In this document: piece after piece, positions 39,145 to 52,473 of the stretch
Layout of the letters: the number at the start of each line of letters is the position of its first letter
Position numbering within the stretch: the first letter of the stretch is position 1
From: Microthyrium microscopicum
Lineage: Eukaryota
Assembly (NCBI GenBank): GCA_010405405.1
Contig: MU004238.1
Coordinates: 941,530-1,005,529, forward strand
Reading direction: 5' to 3'
Length of the DNA: 64,000 bases
The notes under the pieces: model-generated
What the model saw: only the letters and a program-made list of their open reading frames with translations
Database searches by the model: none
Told to the model about the DNA's origin: nothing
Position numbers and translations under genes: made by a program

Positions 39145-42074
39145 TCAAGCGTTAAAGACGCTTGTGAAACCGCGACTTTCAGCGTCTAGCCTATCCATTC
39201 GTGCCTGCGCGTCTGCAGCGTCGCGCTGGTTCATCTGGTCTACCGAGAGTGGAGTCAGAGGACTGGGATGGTCGGGCGGGAACATTCCCGGCAACGGGCC
39301 CAGTGGCTGCTCAGAGCCAGTTCCGCTAGCACCATTCGTTTGGAATGGGTTCGGTGACGTTGCAGTTGGCGAGGTATCGAATTCGTTCAGGCGGCCTTCA
39401 AGCGGGGTATGCATATGGGCATGGTAGGGACTATTGAAAAGAGGGTTTCGTTAGCAATTTGGTACGCTTGAAAAGTTTGGCTTCGAGCTGGTGCGGGGGA
39501 CGATGGTTAAGCAATAGCAGCAGATAGTAATGGTGATGGTGACGAAGCAGCCCCAGAATTTCAAGGCAGAGATTTCATAGCGAGCCACAAAACAATAAGC
39601 AGGACCAGATATCGTGCTAGGCGTACCAAGGCACACCTAAGCATGAGGACGTAGACGACGAAACCTCCGGCTGGACCACAGGATGACGGTCGAAAATTCG
39701 AGCAAGGCCAAAGTCGAGAAAAGCTCACACTGGGTTGATTACTCACCATCAAGCAAGGCAGCAAGACCAGGAGAAATACGATGAAGCCCAAACCCTCAAG
39801 TAAAATAGCATAATCAAGATGGAAAGTGGGAATAATGCATGGATAAATAAACTTTGATAAGTCGTCTTCCGGCAACGGCCAATGGATGATGCACAAGTGG
39901 GTATCCGCACACGAAAGAGCAGACCAACAGATGAGGCGGACTAAGCAATGCAGCAAGATATGAAAGACGTATCAGAGAGATAAGAGAGAGAGAGATGGAA
40001 ATAAAGTAGAGAACAGAAAATACCATGCAATAAAAATGAATCTTTTTCGAACCGAACAACCCCCATCGACTGTCAACAGAATAAGTCTACAAGTATGCAA
40101 CTTTGTTGGACAAATTCTGTTGAAAGAAGACTACATGAATAATGTAAAGCAAAGAGAGAAAACTAAATACAGAACAGCCCATTCCAGCATCGGGTATGAC
40201 ATGGAAATAATCCATTGGAGACATTCCTCACTAGCCTGCCTGATGATGAGCAACCGTAGCAATAAAAGCATTTCCGAAAGCAAGCCGAAAACAGTATTGT
40301 TCATCCTGTGAAATCCGAAACCGAGAGTCCTTTGGAAACCAGTGGCTTCTGGAGTGTCGTGCGATCCTTGTCCGATGGGTATTCTGGTTGTGGATGGGTA
40401 GAAATGAGCATAAGCCAAGACCAAGCATAAGGAACCGTCAAGGCATATATAACTCCGGTCCCCAAGATGGGACACAAATCGAGAGTGGGAAAACACAAGA
40501 ATGAGGGATAATTTTTGGGTCATAAGTAAGTGGGAGGCATGAAATCTTGGAAACATGTTGGAGGAAAAACTTTTGCAGGAAGGGTAAACGAAAAGCCCCA
40601 CAGGAGGACAATCTCATCGAGGGAAAGGCAGCCGTTCTCATCTGGCATGATGTGGTCGTATCGTGATTTGTAGTCATGCAGGTCTAAGAAATGATCGAAA
40701 GGTGGCCAGTGGGGAAGTCACTAAAGGGGGAGATCCTTACTACGCTAGATGTTAGTTATTGACCAAAAGTGAAATTGTGAGATCATCTTACCTTCATTGG
40801 GCCAAAATTGCCAAATGGATGTTGTGGTGGGATTCCCATGGACGGGTACATTGGTGGAGGAGGTGCTGGTCGATATGGAGTGCCAGCAGGACCAGAGTTG
40901 TTCTGGCTGCGGCCCCAGCTAAGACGAACACGAGAATTGCCGATAGGGTAGCCTTGCATCTGATTGATGGCCATCTCTGCGGCATGACGCTGGACAAACT
41001 GGACGAAGCCACAGCCCTTTCCAGGTGGAATCTTGACATAGGTAATTTCGCCAAATCCTTGGAAGAAAGATCGAAGCTCGTCCTCAGTGACGTATCCAGA
41101 AAGGCCGCCGACAAAGACAGTGGTGTTGTTAGGGTCGGTAAACTGGTTCATGGGTTGTGGGCTACCATAGAATCCCATTGGAGGAGCACCCATTTGCATG
41201 TAGTTCATGGGATTGGCACCGTGAGGCATGCCGCCCATAGCGCCTGCTCCCATGTGCTGTCCGCCCTTGTTCTTGGGGGTGGCCTGGGAGATACGCATAG
41301 GACGGTTGCCGCAGTAGACACCCTGCATTTCGCTCAAGGCACGTTGCTGATCGTTCTCATCGCTAAATCGAACGAATCCATAGCCGCGGCTGACGCCATT
41401 CATAGGATCGGTCATGATCTTGGCAGACTTGCAAGATCTGTACTTGCCTTGAAAGATATTCGCAAGAACCAGTTCATTGACTTCTGGGCCAAGATCGCCA
41501 ACAAAGATCGAGTACTCAGGACCTCGGTCATCACGGCTTCTATCAGCCAAACCGCCACCAGAGGCCCAGTTCAGCTTGAAGGTGCGCTGGGAGTTTGGCA
41601 TGGGCTGGCCATTGACGGCGAGGGCTTTGGCTGCAGCTTGTGGGCTGGTGAAGTCTACAAAGCAGTATCCAGCATTGCTACTAGGTATTCAGTCAGGTTG
41701 GCAGGGAACATGTACGAAGCATGACTTACCCAGTGAACTTGTCACGGATCATCTTGACGTTAACTGTCTCACCCATGCCATACCAGAGGCTTCGAATAAA
41801 GTTCTCATCGATCCAGGGTTCAAGTTCGCCCATCCTGAGATGGTCAGCTTATCCAATCGTACATTTCAAAGGACTTGACTTACCATAGTGTGGTCTTGGA
41901 GTCACCGCCTGCACCGTCTTGGCCAGGCATTCCCGCAGAGCCAGGTTGTTGGAATTGGCCTGCACCGTTGTCGGTAGGTGGCATTGGAGGTTGAGCACCA
42001 GGAGCGCCAGCAGCGGCGGCATTACCGTCCTCTGCTTGACCTGGCTGGAAGCCTTCGTAATTTTGAAAACTCAT
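39145..42074 (-). CDS. Triple-RRM RNA-binding protein, Nam8/Ngr1/Csx1 (TIA-1-related) family; short isoform stops at 40737-40739, long isoform at 39145
   Basis: RNP motifs TLWMGEL, AGYCFVDF, IFVGDL, RGYGFVRF, VFVGGL and KGCGFVQF. Introns about 41834-41882 and 41679-41728. Distal exon 39145-39430 is preceded by gCTAAC…TAG. Confidence 0.9.
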
Positions 42075-43449
42075 GTTTAGAGTTGATGTGGAATCGAAGT
42101 GAGTAGACTAGAGTAGTGGAGGAAATGATATCGTCGGACTGGAAGAATATCCGCAATCGCTGATTGATGTGGTGAGAGTACGCAGATGTACACGACAGTT
42201 GCAGGATACAAGTATTAATGCTAGCTATGTCAGTGAATGGTAGGAAAGTGATTGCTGAGCAAAAGTAAAAGTGGATGGAGTGTTGAGTAGGTAGCAGAGC
42301 TTGCAGTCAAGGGAGACAACGGAATATTAAATAAGGATGCCTAGATCAGCACTTACCGTTCTAGAATCACTCGTAACCACCTGACAGCAAACAACTAACT
42401 GACTCTTTGAAGAAAGAAGCCACGGACAGAAGGTAACCCGAATATTGAAAGACCAAGGAAGTCACAGCCAATAGGTACCCAGATTTCGCAGTCAAGGCAC
42501 TAATCAGAGGAACAGAACACAACAGTACGGGACACCGAACGCCGCGTAGGAGGGTCAAATCTAGTCTTGAAGACTGTGCGCGAGATTCTGTGGTCGAGAA
42601 GAGGACTAGGCAAGGTGAGAAAGGGTAGAGGGATGAAGGACTATCGACGAGCTGACCTGTGGTATGTGGTATTAGCGATCGCGTTTGTAAACCATAAATG
42701 AAAAATGTTCGCGACAAAGCAGTGACAGCAGCAGACGCAAAAACTGGACGCGCGAAGATCAAACGGTGGTAGTGGGTAGGAAGTTGGGGAGAAAGGTGGT
42801 TGCCAAGTGCACGGTTGGAGGTTAGAGTTTTGGGTGCAGCGCCGTACAGGGACCCAATGACCCTCGATGGATGCAGCTGTCCACTGAAGACGAGCGCAAT
42901 ACTCGACCAACTGCAAGTTCCCACAACAACAAGATCTCTCAAAGACTGAATCAATTGGTATGAGTCAAATTGAGACTCAATTGATGATGGATCCAGACAG
43001 TGAGGTATAGGCCCAATGCAATGCGCGCCTGAAGGCTGGGCGGGCAAGCACTGTGTTGGTGGTGGTGGCCTCCTTGACGAGCGCAAACGTGGCTCGGATG
43101 CAAGCGCGGCAAGCGCGATTGATGACGGACGGGAGGATGAGGAGCGACCCGAAGCCCAGGAAGATATCCTCAGGTCCAGCCAGATCATGCACACAGCGAC
43201 GTTCCAGGAAGCGCGGTAGGCGAGCCAACAGCCGGTGGGCTCCAGCGCAGGCGAGATGGAGATGATGCGGGGAGAGGAATGGGCAGACAGACGGAAGCAA
43301 TGAGGTATGGGTAGGTAGGGAGTGGAATAGGAACTTACCAAGCAGTTTTCAACTACTCCAGGAAGTTGGAAGCAAAGTTCTGAATCCAGGCGAAAAAGCA
43401 GCATGCAACACAAGCGTGGAAGAAAGCAGGAAAGCGGCGTTAAATTTAT

Positions 43450-43512
43450 GAGGACAAGAGAGAGAGAGGGAAGAGGGGAGAAGGGAGGGAGAAGGGAGAG
43501 GGACCAAGGGAA
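43450..43512 (-). promoter_or_regulatory. Pyrimidine-rich (CT-box-like) tract, likely near the TSS of the Nam8-like gene
   Basis: About 60 bp of almost pure G/A on the + strand (C/T on the coding strand), followed on the minus strand by donor-like GTAAGT at about 43337. Confidence 0.35.
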
Positions 43513-45705
43513 AGTTAGGTTCTGGTGGATTTGCTAGGTTAAAAGGTTTGCGTGATTCTGGTAGTCCAAGCAGTTGGCAGACTTAGGCTTTCAGCAGCAA
43601 AAGATGGATGGAATCTGGAGACGGTTACTAACGAGTACCAAAGCCAGATGGGCTCCAAGTTTGAAAAGACTGGGGAACAAGATGGCGCCGGGCCTTTGAG
43701 AGCTCCTAGCACTCTTTCGGCACGCTTCTTGCAACTCTAGTGCCATTCCCAACGACGGTAGACTCGACTCTTTCATCTTCAATTCTACATGTACAACACA
43801 CATCTACTGGCAAATCACTGGCCTCACTACTTGATCGTGATTGTTGACAACACGCGCATGTGTCGCCATTTTCCAGTCTATCCGTATTGTACTACTCGAG
43901 ACCTGTCATGCGGCAATGAGAAGGATTCAATTGAAGATGTGGTACGGTAACTGGCTGTCCATATCCGAGCTCTGACCTTCTAGAGACTCGAAAGGCAACC
44001 TCCTACTACGAAACAAGCTAAAATTTACTAGTGGTGGAGTGATAAATCCTACAACGGTACAGTTGTAGGCGAAAGTGAGACACTGACACATTGCACAATG
44101 ACAGACCCACACCATTGACCAAGAGCCTAAAAACACGACCAATCCGAGTTTGTATGATGAAGTGAGGGAGATCAAGCCATTGAAGCCAGTGCCAGCATCA
44201 TGCTCGAGTTCTCCAACCTGGGAGATTCATGTGCTACGGGTAACTTTCCTTTTCTCGCCTACGCTAGCAGAGTACCTCTTGCTCAAAGGCGTCTGCCGTC
44301 TGGAGCATCAATATGCCTTGATACGGGACAAGATAAACCACCATATGGTGCTGATATCGTGAATATTCTAGGTACCAACACGATATCAGCACGATATGAA
44401 CATGGTAAGAGTTACCTCATGCTTTCCACGCCATCAACCCTGTATGAAATCAGCCTCCTTTCTGTATCGAGTTCTGTCTTCCGATGCACGCCGCTGCGTC
44501 GCCGCATCAAACCCTCCGATCGTTCCTGGATCAAAACCTCAGACCGAAAAAGAAAGCGTGGCCGTTCTATCGATTCCAATACCATCGCCAGTCGCGCCCT
44601 GCGGAGAAAAGATTTAATCTAGGGTCCATGGACCTTGAGCCTTGTTGATCAGCCTCATCCCGCCCAGACAATAATTGCCCTCTCATGAAATCATCTCTCT
44701 AATCCTTCAGCCGCAAACAACGCGCGGGGAAAAGACTCTTTGGTTTGGTTGTCACTAAAGTCTCCCCCTCCACCATAGCACAACCCAGGGAAGAAAAGTC
44801 CGTACCTGAAAACTGAGACAAATGATGCTCGCATTCGATCCAACGCACACTTGTTGTGCAGCAAGCTTGCAGCGCATCCGCCAGCCGTCCGTCGTCGCGT
44901 GTGCATCCCAGGGGGCTCCTGGCAGCATTTGCCTTCTTGCCCTTTTTCCAAAGTTCTAACCATCCACTGAGCGGGCGAGCGCAAGCATCAGGGCAGCTTG
45001 AGCAACTGTTTGCACTGGCATGATTGGTTGGCAAATCCCTTGCCTATTGGGGTGGTAGGCCCGACATCGCTCGTGAATATTCCACCTTTAAGCTCGGTGA
45101 CCGCGGCTGGGATGGATCTTATGGTTCTGGTAGGACTTAAGAGGGTCGATGGCCCACCAGTGCGATGGTGAATTGAAATGTAGGATTCTCAAGCACATGC
45201 GTTTGTTGAGTTGAGCTGAGTTTGCCTTTGGTACGGCGCGTGTACATCTGATTGTTGCTCCTCTTCAGCTTTTGGTGAGAGCATGGTACGATTATTGGCA
45301 ATGATGGGGATACCAGCTGGAGTATCGATCCTCACTGAGGGAAAATGAGCCCGACTTTTGCTACTAATACAGCGCGTGATAGGAGAGACTGCCGTTGAAA
45401 CTGGTAACTGTAATCAATTGCACGACTCGATACTGAATAATACGTTTTCTGAATGTCGTTTTCAATCGACTTGGATCAAAATTGTGCCTTTATCCCAGTA
45501 GTCAAAACTACACCTTGCAATTGCCATTGAATCAAAACAAACAAATGCACCATGGAAACTTGTTCTCTTGTTTCCATAGCCTTGCTTAATAGATAACCAT
45601 ATAGCGAACGACCCTCCCGTAAGCGGTTGTTTGGCTACACATTACTTGATTCCAGCAATTTCCATTCTCACTCAAGAGTCCCCGTGAGCCCTCTTGGTCG
45701 TGAGT

Positions 45706-46234
45706 TCAGTCCGAGTCTGGACAATTCAGAGCGTCCGAAGCAAATTGTGCTGCCGTGCGAGCGAGATTTGGATTTCTTGTAGGATACGTAAATTCGGACT
45801 CTGCAGGGTCCACATCTGAACCTGTCGTAGAGTCTCGATCCGCTACTGTTGACCAGTCCGCATCTGCTGGTGCCGTAGGATCGGGAACAACTGCAGAGCC
45901 TTCAATCCAGCGTATCTCAATCATTCCGTCGCAGACAAATGGCTTTGAGCCTTCAGCCTCTTGGAGAAGCTGTTGCCCTACAAACTGTCATCAAGTCAGT
46001 CTTATTTTCTACAGTCATAAACTTCGCCAGACATACACGAAAGTCGTATAGACGGCCATTGATGGTCGCTCGTCCCCAGGACCGAAATGGAGCCAGCCCG
46101 GGAACGCCAGGATTCGTTTCGATCATGTTGAAGGAATGTACATGATCGCGGAGTGCTCGAGCAGACGGATCCTCTGCTTCAGGTTCCGGTCTGGGCTGAG
46201 AGAAGAATCGTGGCATGTCTTCGAAGAGGTTCAT
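45706..46234 (-). CDS. Small hypothetical two-exon protein
   Basis: ORF 45953-46234 joins in frame to ORF 45706-45924 through a GTATGT…CTGAC…CAG intron. No recognisable domain. Confidence 0.35.
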
Positions 46235-46828
46235 CCACGCTCGGCGAAGCTATTGTACGAACGGGAAGAGTACCATTTTCTCAAAACTTGTGATTAGTTG
46301 GAGATTCAATTGGAGCGAGTCCGCTGGTGAGGATTATATGTAGATAAGAATGAAGTGATTGATGCTAGATTGATCGATAGTCGTACTGTGGTAGTGATGG
46401 AGATGAGCGAAGTAAAGAGTTTGATGTTAGCTGAATACCGCTTTTTCGTAAATCGAGAAAGGGAAACAATAAGGGTAGGTAGTGCCTCATCGGGGAAGGA
46501 ACGATCAAGCTGCATGCCACTGCCACTGCCACGCGGTATACCTGCTTAAATATTGGAAGCATTGACAATATGTTCAACCACAAGGCATCCTATGTTTCAA
46601 TCGTGTCAGTACCACACCAGCGAGCGAGTCTAGAAACGAGAGATATGGCAGGCAAATGTGATACTCATCATTAAACTCTACAGACTAATCCATAGTATAC
46701 CTGCAGCTGCATAAGTGGAACGTCATCAAGGATATCAATCACCAACTCATTACAGCATTTTAGACATTCCCAGACTCCCATGCCATGCAATCAAGTCCAT
46801 CTCTCATCAAGTAGCGCTTTTGCTCTTC

Positions 46829-47456
46829 CTATTTGGCATCCGCCTTGATACCCTCGGGCAACTCAGTCGGCACGCCGGACGCATGTGCAGCCGCCTTCTC
46901 CTCCTCGCTATACTGGTCCCGTCCAGTCTCAAACACGCGGTCAAAGTCATACTCGCCCCACCGGATATCCGGGTTGAGGCCAGCGAACTTCCACACGCCA
47001 TCAATCTTCTTGTACCAATGAGTATTATGGCTGTGTGCGTGGCCCTTTACTGCGACCTCCTTGCGTGTCTCGTCTGTGTAGCGCTGATGCGGCACGCGCA
47101 GCTGGTGGTAGCCGGTGACTTCGGTGTCAGAGACCTTCTCCCAGCGGGAGCCGCCGATGAAATGCTGGGTCATGAGGAGGGGATTGCCGAGCACGTTGGG
47201 GTCTGAAGCCATTTTGACGAATTCTTCGGCGGGCATGGCTTCCCACAGCTTGCCAAGGAAGGAGCGGTAGTCGATTCTGAGGGTGGGTGCGATGACTTTG
47301 CTTAGGCGCTCCCAGTCTTTGGCATCGTAGCTATCGGCCCACTCGAAAAGGGCGGTGTTAAGACCGAGATAATCTGTTTACAAGTCAGTCTTCAGGCTAC
47401 AGAAGGCAAACATGGAGAGAAATCTCACCATCGAATGTGATGTTGCCAGCAGCCAT
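46829..47456 (-). CDS. SCD1: Scytalone dehydratase (DHN-melanin pathway)
   Basis: [43 protein letters not shown] and WKFAGL. One intron about 47374-47428. Confidence 0.96.
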
Positions 47457-48573
47457 GGTGGAGATTGTTTGATATGTACTAGAGTTTTTGGTATGGAGTT
47501 GAGTTTCCGAAAAATGTAAAAGGTGAGATTTCACCAAATTGCGACATCATCTACGTTTATATACGGACATCTATTAGTAGGACCCACCTGGTCGTCTGGA
47601 CTACAGCCTCATACTCCAACAGTCCGAGAGTCCGCTGTATCGTTGCAACGTGGGGATCCGGACAGGGGGCGCCCAACCCAAGCAGTGAGCGCCACCAAAA
47701 CCTCACCCCAACCACCAGCCAACGTCCACCCATAAAAGGTCTCAGCTGCACGTTTGAATCACAAGCTGCAGAGTCTTTGAATATCTGCCAGAAGTAGATG
47801 TATGCTGTGTTTGTCAGAATCGTTTCGCAAAGAGAGGTGCCGCCTCAGGTGTCAGACTTGGTCAATTTGGCTCATCGTTGAGTGCTACCGGTCGGTTGTG
47901 AACGAGCTTCGCCATGGGTTCGATATCTTCGGATACGGGTTGCGATTCATTATAATTGCTGGGCCCTGTCGCCTTTAGGATACCAGTCTAATTACGGAAA
48001 TATGGAGCGCTGAGCTCTGCACGTGTCTATCGGATGTCGCGATCCACGATTCCTACACACCTCTCAATATTCTACTCAGAGTACAGAATCAGTTCTGTGT
48101 CCAGGTACGACTAGATTCGGATTACACTACATAATATATGGTTTCAAAGCTGTACCTTGTGGATGGACATGCACATAACAAGCTATTCAACCAATGTTCT
48201 TCAACTCGTGCTGACGAATGTATATAAATTGTGGCTACGGTACTGACCTCAATCGATTTACGTGGGGTTCGTATCCGCACTAAGAAAGTAATTGGTATTC
48301 GAAGATTCTGTCATGCCCTTAGAAGTTTCTTCTCACATCCCAGCTTCAATGTTTTCAGTTTCGTTCAAAGTTCGTGTTCATATATTACCATTTGATTCAC
48401 ATTCAATCAGAAACATTTCACTCACGAAATGCCCAAGAGAAGAAGCAGTTCACGAAACAAGGATAAGCATGTTCAAGTCATTTTCAGCCTAATATAAATC
48501 TAGCTCATCAGCCTCAGCCTTATGGTAAGCCTTAGGCACACCACTTCGGCTTTGGACAATTGACCCAGAGACT

Positions 48574-49716
48574 TTATTCCAAAGGCGAAATCTCCAGAAC
48601 TGCTTTTCCAAAGTTCTTTCCCTGAAGCATACCGACAAATCCATCTGCCGCATTATCCATACCCTTGGTAACGCTAAGTTTTATTTTAATGCTGCCATCC
48701 GAGATCCATTGGGCAAGCTTCTCGTTGAAATCTTTTCCATATTTTGGGCCCATATTGGGGTCACCAACCAAGAAACCTTGCATAATCAATCTCTTGCCTA
48801 TGACCATAGCCAAGTTGCGAATCGGGTAAGCTTCCTCAGGCTTTACATTGTACTGCGAGATCATACCGCAGACAACTACTTAAGTCAGCAATGGCTCTGC
48901 ATGCCAATATCTCTGTGAAAGTCATAGAGGCATTACTCATCGAAGGATTCACTTACTAATTCTTCCGTACACCTTCATGTGTGTGATCGCAGCCTCAAGT
49001 GTCTCGCCACCAACATTCTCATAGTAGATATCCAATCCCTCGGGCGCCAAACGCTTCAACGCCTCATACGGCTTCTCCTTCTTGTAGTTGAAGCATGCAT
49101 CGAAGCCGAGTTCTTCTGTGCACCACTTGGCCTTTGCATCGTCACCCACGCTGCCAATGACCTTGAGTCCTTCTTTCTTAGCCAACTGTCCGACGATCTG
49201 GCCCACGGCTCCACTAGCTGCAGAGATGAAGATAGTCTCGCCTGACTTGGGCTTGCCAATCTCGTATAGTGATGACCAGGCAGTAAGACCGGGCATGCCT
49301 AGTGGACCAATATACACCATCGGGTCCAGCTTATAGGGATTCTCGAGCTTGAATGAACGACTAGTTGAGCCGCTGGGCAGCAAAGTGTACTCCTCTGTGC
49401 CAGTACCATCCACGGAAACAATGACATCGCCCTTCTTGAATTTATCGCTCTTGGAGACGACGACGGTGCTGATGGCCCGATTTGTTATGGGCTTGCCGAT
49501 CTCGAATGAGGCAGCATAGGAGCCTGCGCCGGCGGGTCGCATGCGGCCACGCTGGTATGGGTCGAAGGAGATGTAGTGGTTCTTGATGATCAGGCCATCA
49601 TCTGGACAGCTGGCTTCGTCGAGGTTGATCTCCGTTGTTTTGACTACGAGATCTTCCCCTGGCACAGGAAAGCCAGAGGGGTATTTGGCGAGAACAAGAG
49701 CTTTGTTGGAAACCAT
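48574..49716 (-). CDS. NADP-dependent alkenal/prostaglandin reductase-like MDR oxidoreductase
   Basis: SFDPYQRGRM, LGMPGLTA, ISAASGAVG, YYENVGG, CGMISQYN and GKNFGKAV. One intron about 48879-48955. Confidence 0.9.
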
Positions 49717-50352
49717 CGCAAGTAAAGTCTGTACAAATGAGTTAGGTGTCGTACACTGGAAGTTAAAGACAATGTACTCACTTATAGAAGTTGATAAAGT
49801 TGAACCAGAATGCTCATAGAATGTCAACAGAGGGATGCAACAACAGCTTGAAGATGACAAATGATCGGTTCCACTTCATAGCTTCATCTTTACATGCCGA
49901 CTCCCCGCCATTGCCGGCGGTAGCTGGAACAATTACTAGCCGTTCACCAATCAACTAAAGGTCTTAATAACTGCTTCAGTAGCGGAGAAGATTTCGGAGT
50001 GTTGTCCCTATATGGAATTTGAGCCGAGGCACAAGACCGCAAGGCTGAGAATGTTTAGTTATAATTGCCACAAACTGCTACGAGCACAGTCTTCTTGAAG
50101 GCGAGATGGCCGTGGAAGGCAAGGCGAAAGAGAAGACATCTAAATGCCAGTTGGTTTCAAATCACCTTCAAGACTTCACACTCCAAACTTTTGAGCCGAA
50201 TCCCAACGGGAATCAGCAAGGAGCTTATTCGGCAGATATTCGCTGTTCGGTCAACAGATCCATAACTTCATGATTTCGTTAAATAATGCTTACAAACATA
50301 TTTAAGTCATACAGTGCTACACATGTTATACAGAAATTGTTGAGAAATACGC

Positions 50353-52473
50353 CTACGAACCATTGGCGAAGCCAACATCCCAGCTCGGTAGTGTCATGGC
50401 TGGCATGCTTCCAGAATGAGGTACCTCTTCAATCATCCCTTGAAGAATCTCTTCTCGAGTCACCGCCCCAAAATATAAGTTTTTGAGAGCTTTCCTTGAT
50501 TGGAAGAGCTCTTGAGCTACACCCTTGACTTGCCCTAAAACAGTCTTTGCAATTGGCATTACACCAGCCAAGGTTTTGAGGCTTCCAATGTTCAGTCTGA
50601 TGTGCTCTTTTATAAGATTGTCGCCTTCCTCAGTGGCTATAAAAGACCAGTAGGAGAGATAGCAGACTGCAGCCATGGTGATTGCGCAAGTGAAGAAGGG
50701 TGAGTGTTTGGCTAATGGACAAGGCATCTTGATAAGAACGCATATGTCCATTGCTGCACGCATGGCTTTTGCTGTATGCATATCGGTATAGTTGCTGGCT
50801 ATGCCCATTGGGCCGGTGTTGACGCACGTCTTTACCTCCCTGACGTCTTCGTGGCTGAGATCTGAGCGAGGCCGGTGAAGAAGTATGGAGCACCTATGAT
50901 GACATTAGATACGCCACTTAGCCGTGAAATTGACAATACGTACGCTGCAATGATCATGTGGGCTTCGAAAAGAACTTCGTCAACCATAGCTTCCCTGTTG
51001 ATGATTTTCTTTTTACAATCAGGAAGATGCAGTGCCCAGTTGGCTAAATGAGTATCTGCCATATCCAGAGCGTTTTGATCAATCGGATTTGCGCGAGTGG
51101 CTGTTAAAACCTGCTGGACAACGCGAATGGCATCAATTCGGTATGTTCCCGAAGAGAACACAATCTCGTCAGTTTCGAAAACAGATTCTTCATAATCATC
51201 AAAAGTCTTGGCTTCCGAAAGAATACACTTTGAGCATTAGTTTCAGGCAAGAGGTTCGAGGCTGAGGTACTTACACCTTGAAAATACTCGTTGTCTTCGA
51301 TTGGGAGTGGAACATCCGTGGATACTTCTTTCAATCGCAGGTTGTATACGGGATTTACACCGGCAAACATGCCATCACAGACATACACTTCCCACCAAGT
51401 TCGACGCAAGCATTCCTCAAGAAGTGTTCCAACTCCGCCGTTTGTTGTGCCAAAGTGGCGACGATTCATGCCGATGTTAAGTGCCACATCTATTGCAGCA
51501 TACATGACATTGGCAGATTCCGGTTCATGGTCAGCCATGTGTAAACCAATAGCAAGTAGCAACATGGACTGAACATAGAAAGCGTCCTTGGAAACATTTA
51601 CTCGGGAGAGGGAATGTTGTAGAGCATATCGGAGCTCCTCGCTGTTAGCTCCAACTACATAGAAGGAACCAATGAACTGGAGTGCCAACTCAAGATGACC
51701 CTTGTCTTGGCTTCGAAGTAGATCAAGTAACTGAGATCTAGGAAGTACGAATGGATGTGCGGCGTAGAAGAAAGTATAAAAAGCGTTGACAAGACCATGG
51801 GAGGTAGTATCCATGAGTAACTGAGCTGGCGGTGGGGGCTGAAGCACGATTTGGCCATGCGACTGTGTAGGTCCGATAAAGTCAAGAGAGAATCTACCAT
51901 CCGGACTCATAGCCAGAGTCTCTGTCGTAACATTGGAAGTGTCGAGTACTGACGTGTCAATTTGGGGTGACAAACTTAAGAGTGGTGTATGGGTAGGAGC
52001 GCCTGGAGTTGTAATCAGCTCTGGTCGCCGATCACAGTTAAAGCTAGCGGACTACATGTAGCGCCTGACCCACCATATTGGCGGTTCAAGTGCTTGACTT
52101 CTTGTGGATTATTGGAATCAAACTTACTGCTCATAGAGATCGATGGCATAAATCCAGCATTGCCGGATTTGATGCGCGGACCCTTCCAGCCGCGCCGAGA
52201 CTTGATATAAGAACAATCGATAGCCTCAGAGCTGCATCGACTACAAGGTCTTTGGCCGTCGCATTTCAAGTGTCTACTACGGCAACCTGTACAAGCGACA
52301 GAGACAGCAGAGCGACTACCAGGTCCGGAATCCAAAGTCTGTCGCTCTGCGTGATGCTTACCAGCACTGCTGATGGCATCGCTGCGCGGGGAAGGAGTCA
52401 AATCCGCACTCCAAATGCCCGGAGACGTGAATTGATCCGTGACTTCGGCGCCCATGGTTGAATGCGAATTCAT
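50353..52473 (-). CDS. Zn(II)2Cys6 transcription factor with fungal-specific TF domain
   Basis: ACTGCRSRHLKCDGQRPCSRC…C, AHPFVLP and RRTWWEVY. Three predicted introns join ORFs 52015-52479, 51104-51973, 50832-51161 and 50353-50808. Confidence 0.88.

Noticed and set aside
40759..41724. 321-aa plus-strand ORF (and similar ORFs at 36428-37090, 46715-47206, 8392-8859)
   Set aside because: Antisense shadows of codon-biased real genes.
42367..43413. 348-aa minus-strand ORF
   Set aside because: No domain, S/L/C-rich composition typical of pyrimidine-rich UTR or intron, and it contains splice-like signals. Treated as leader sequence.
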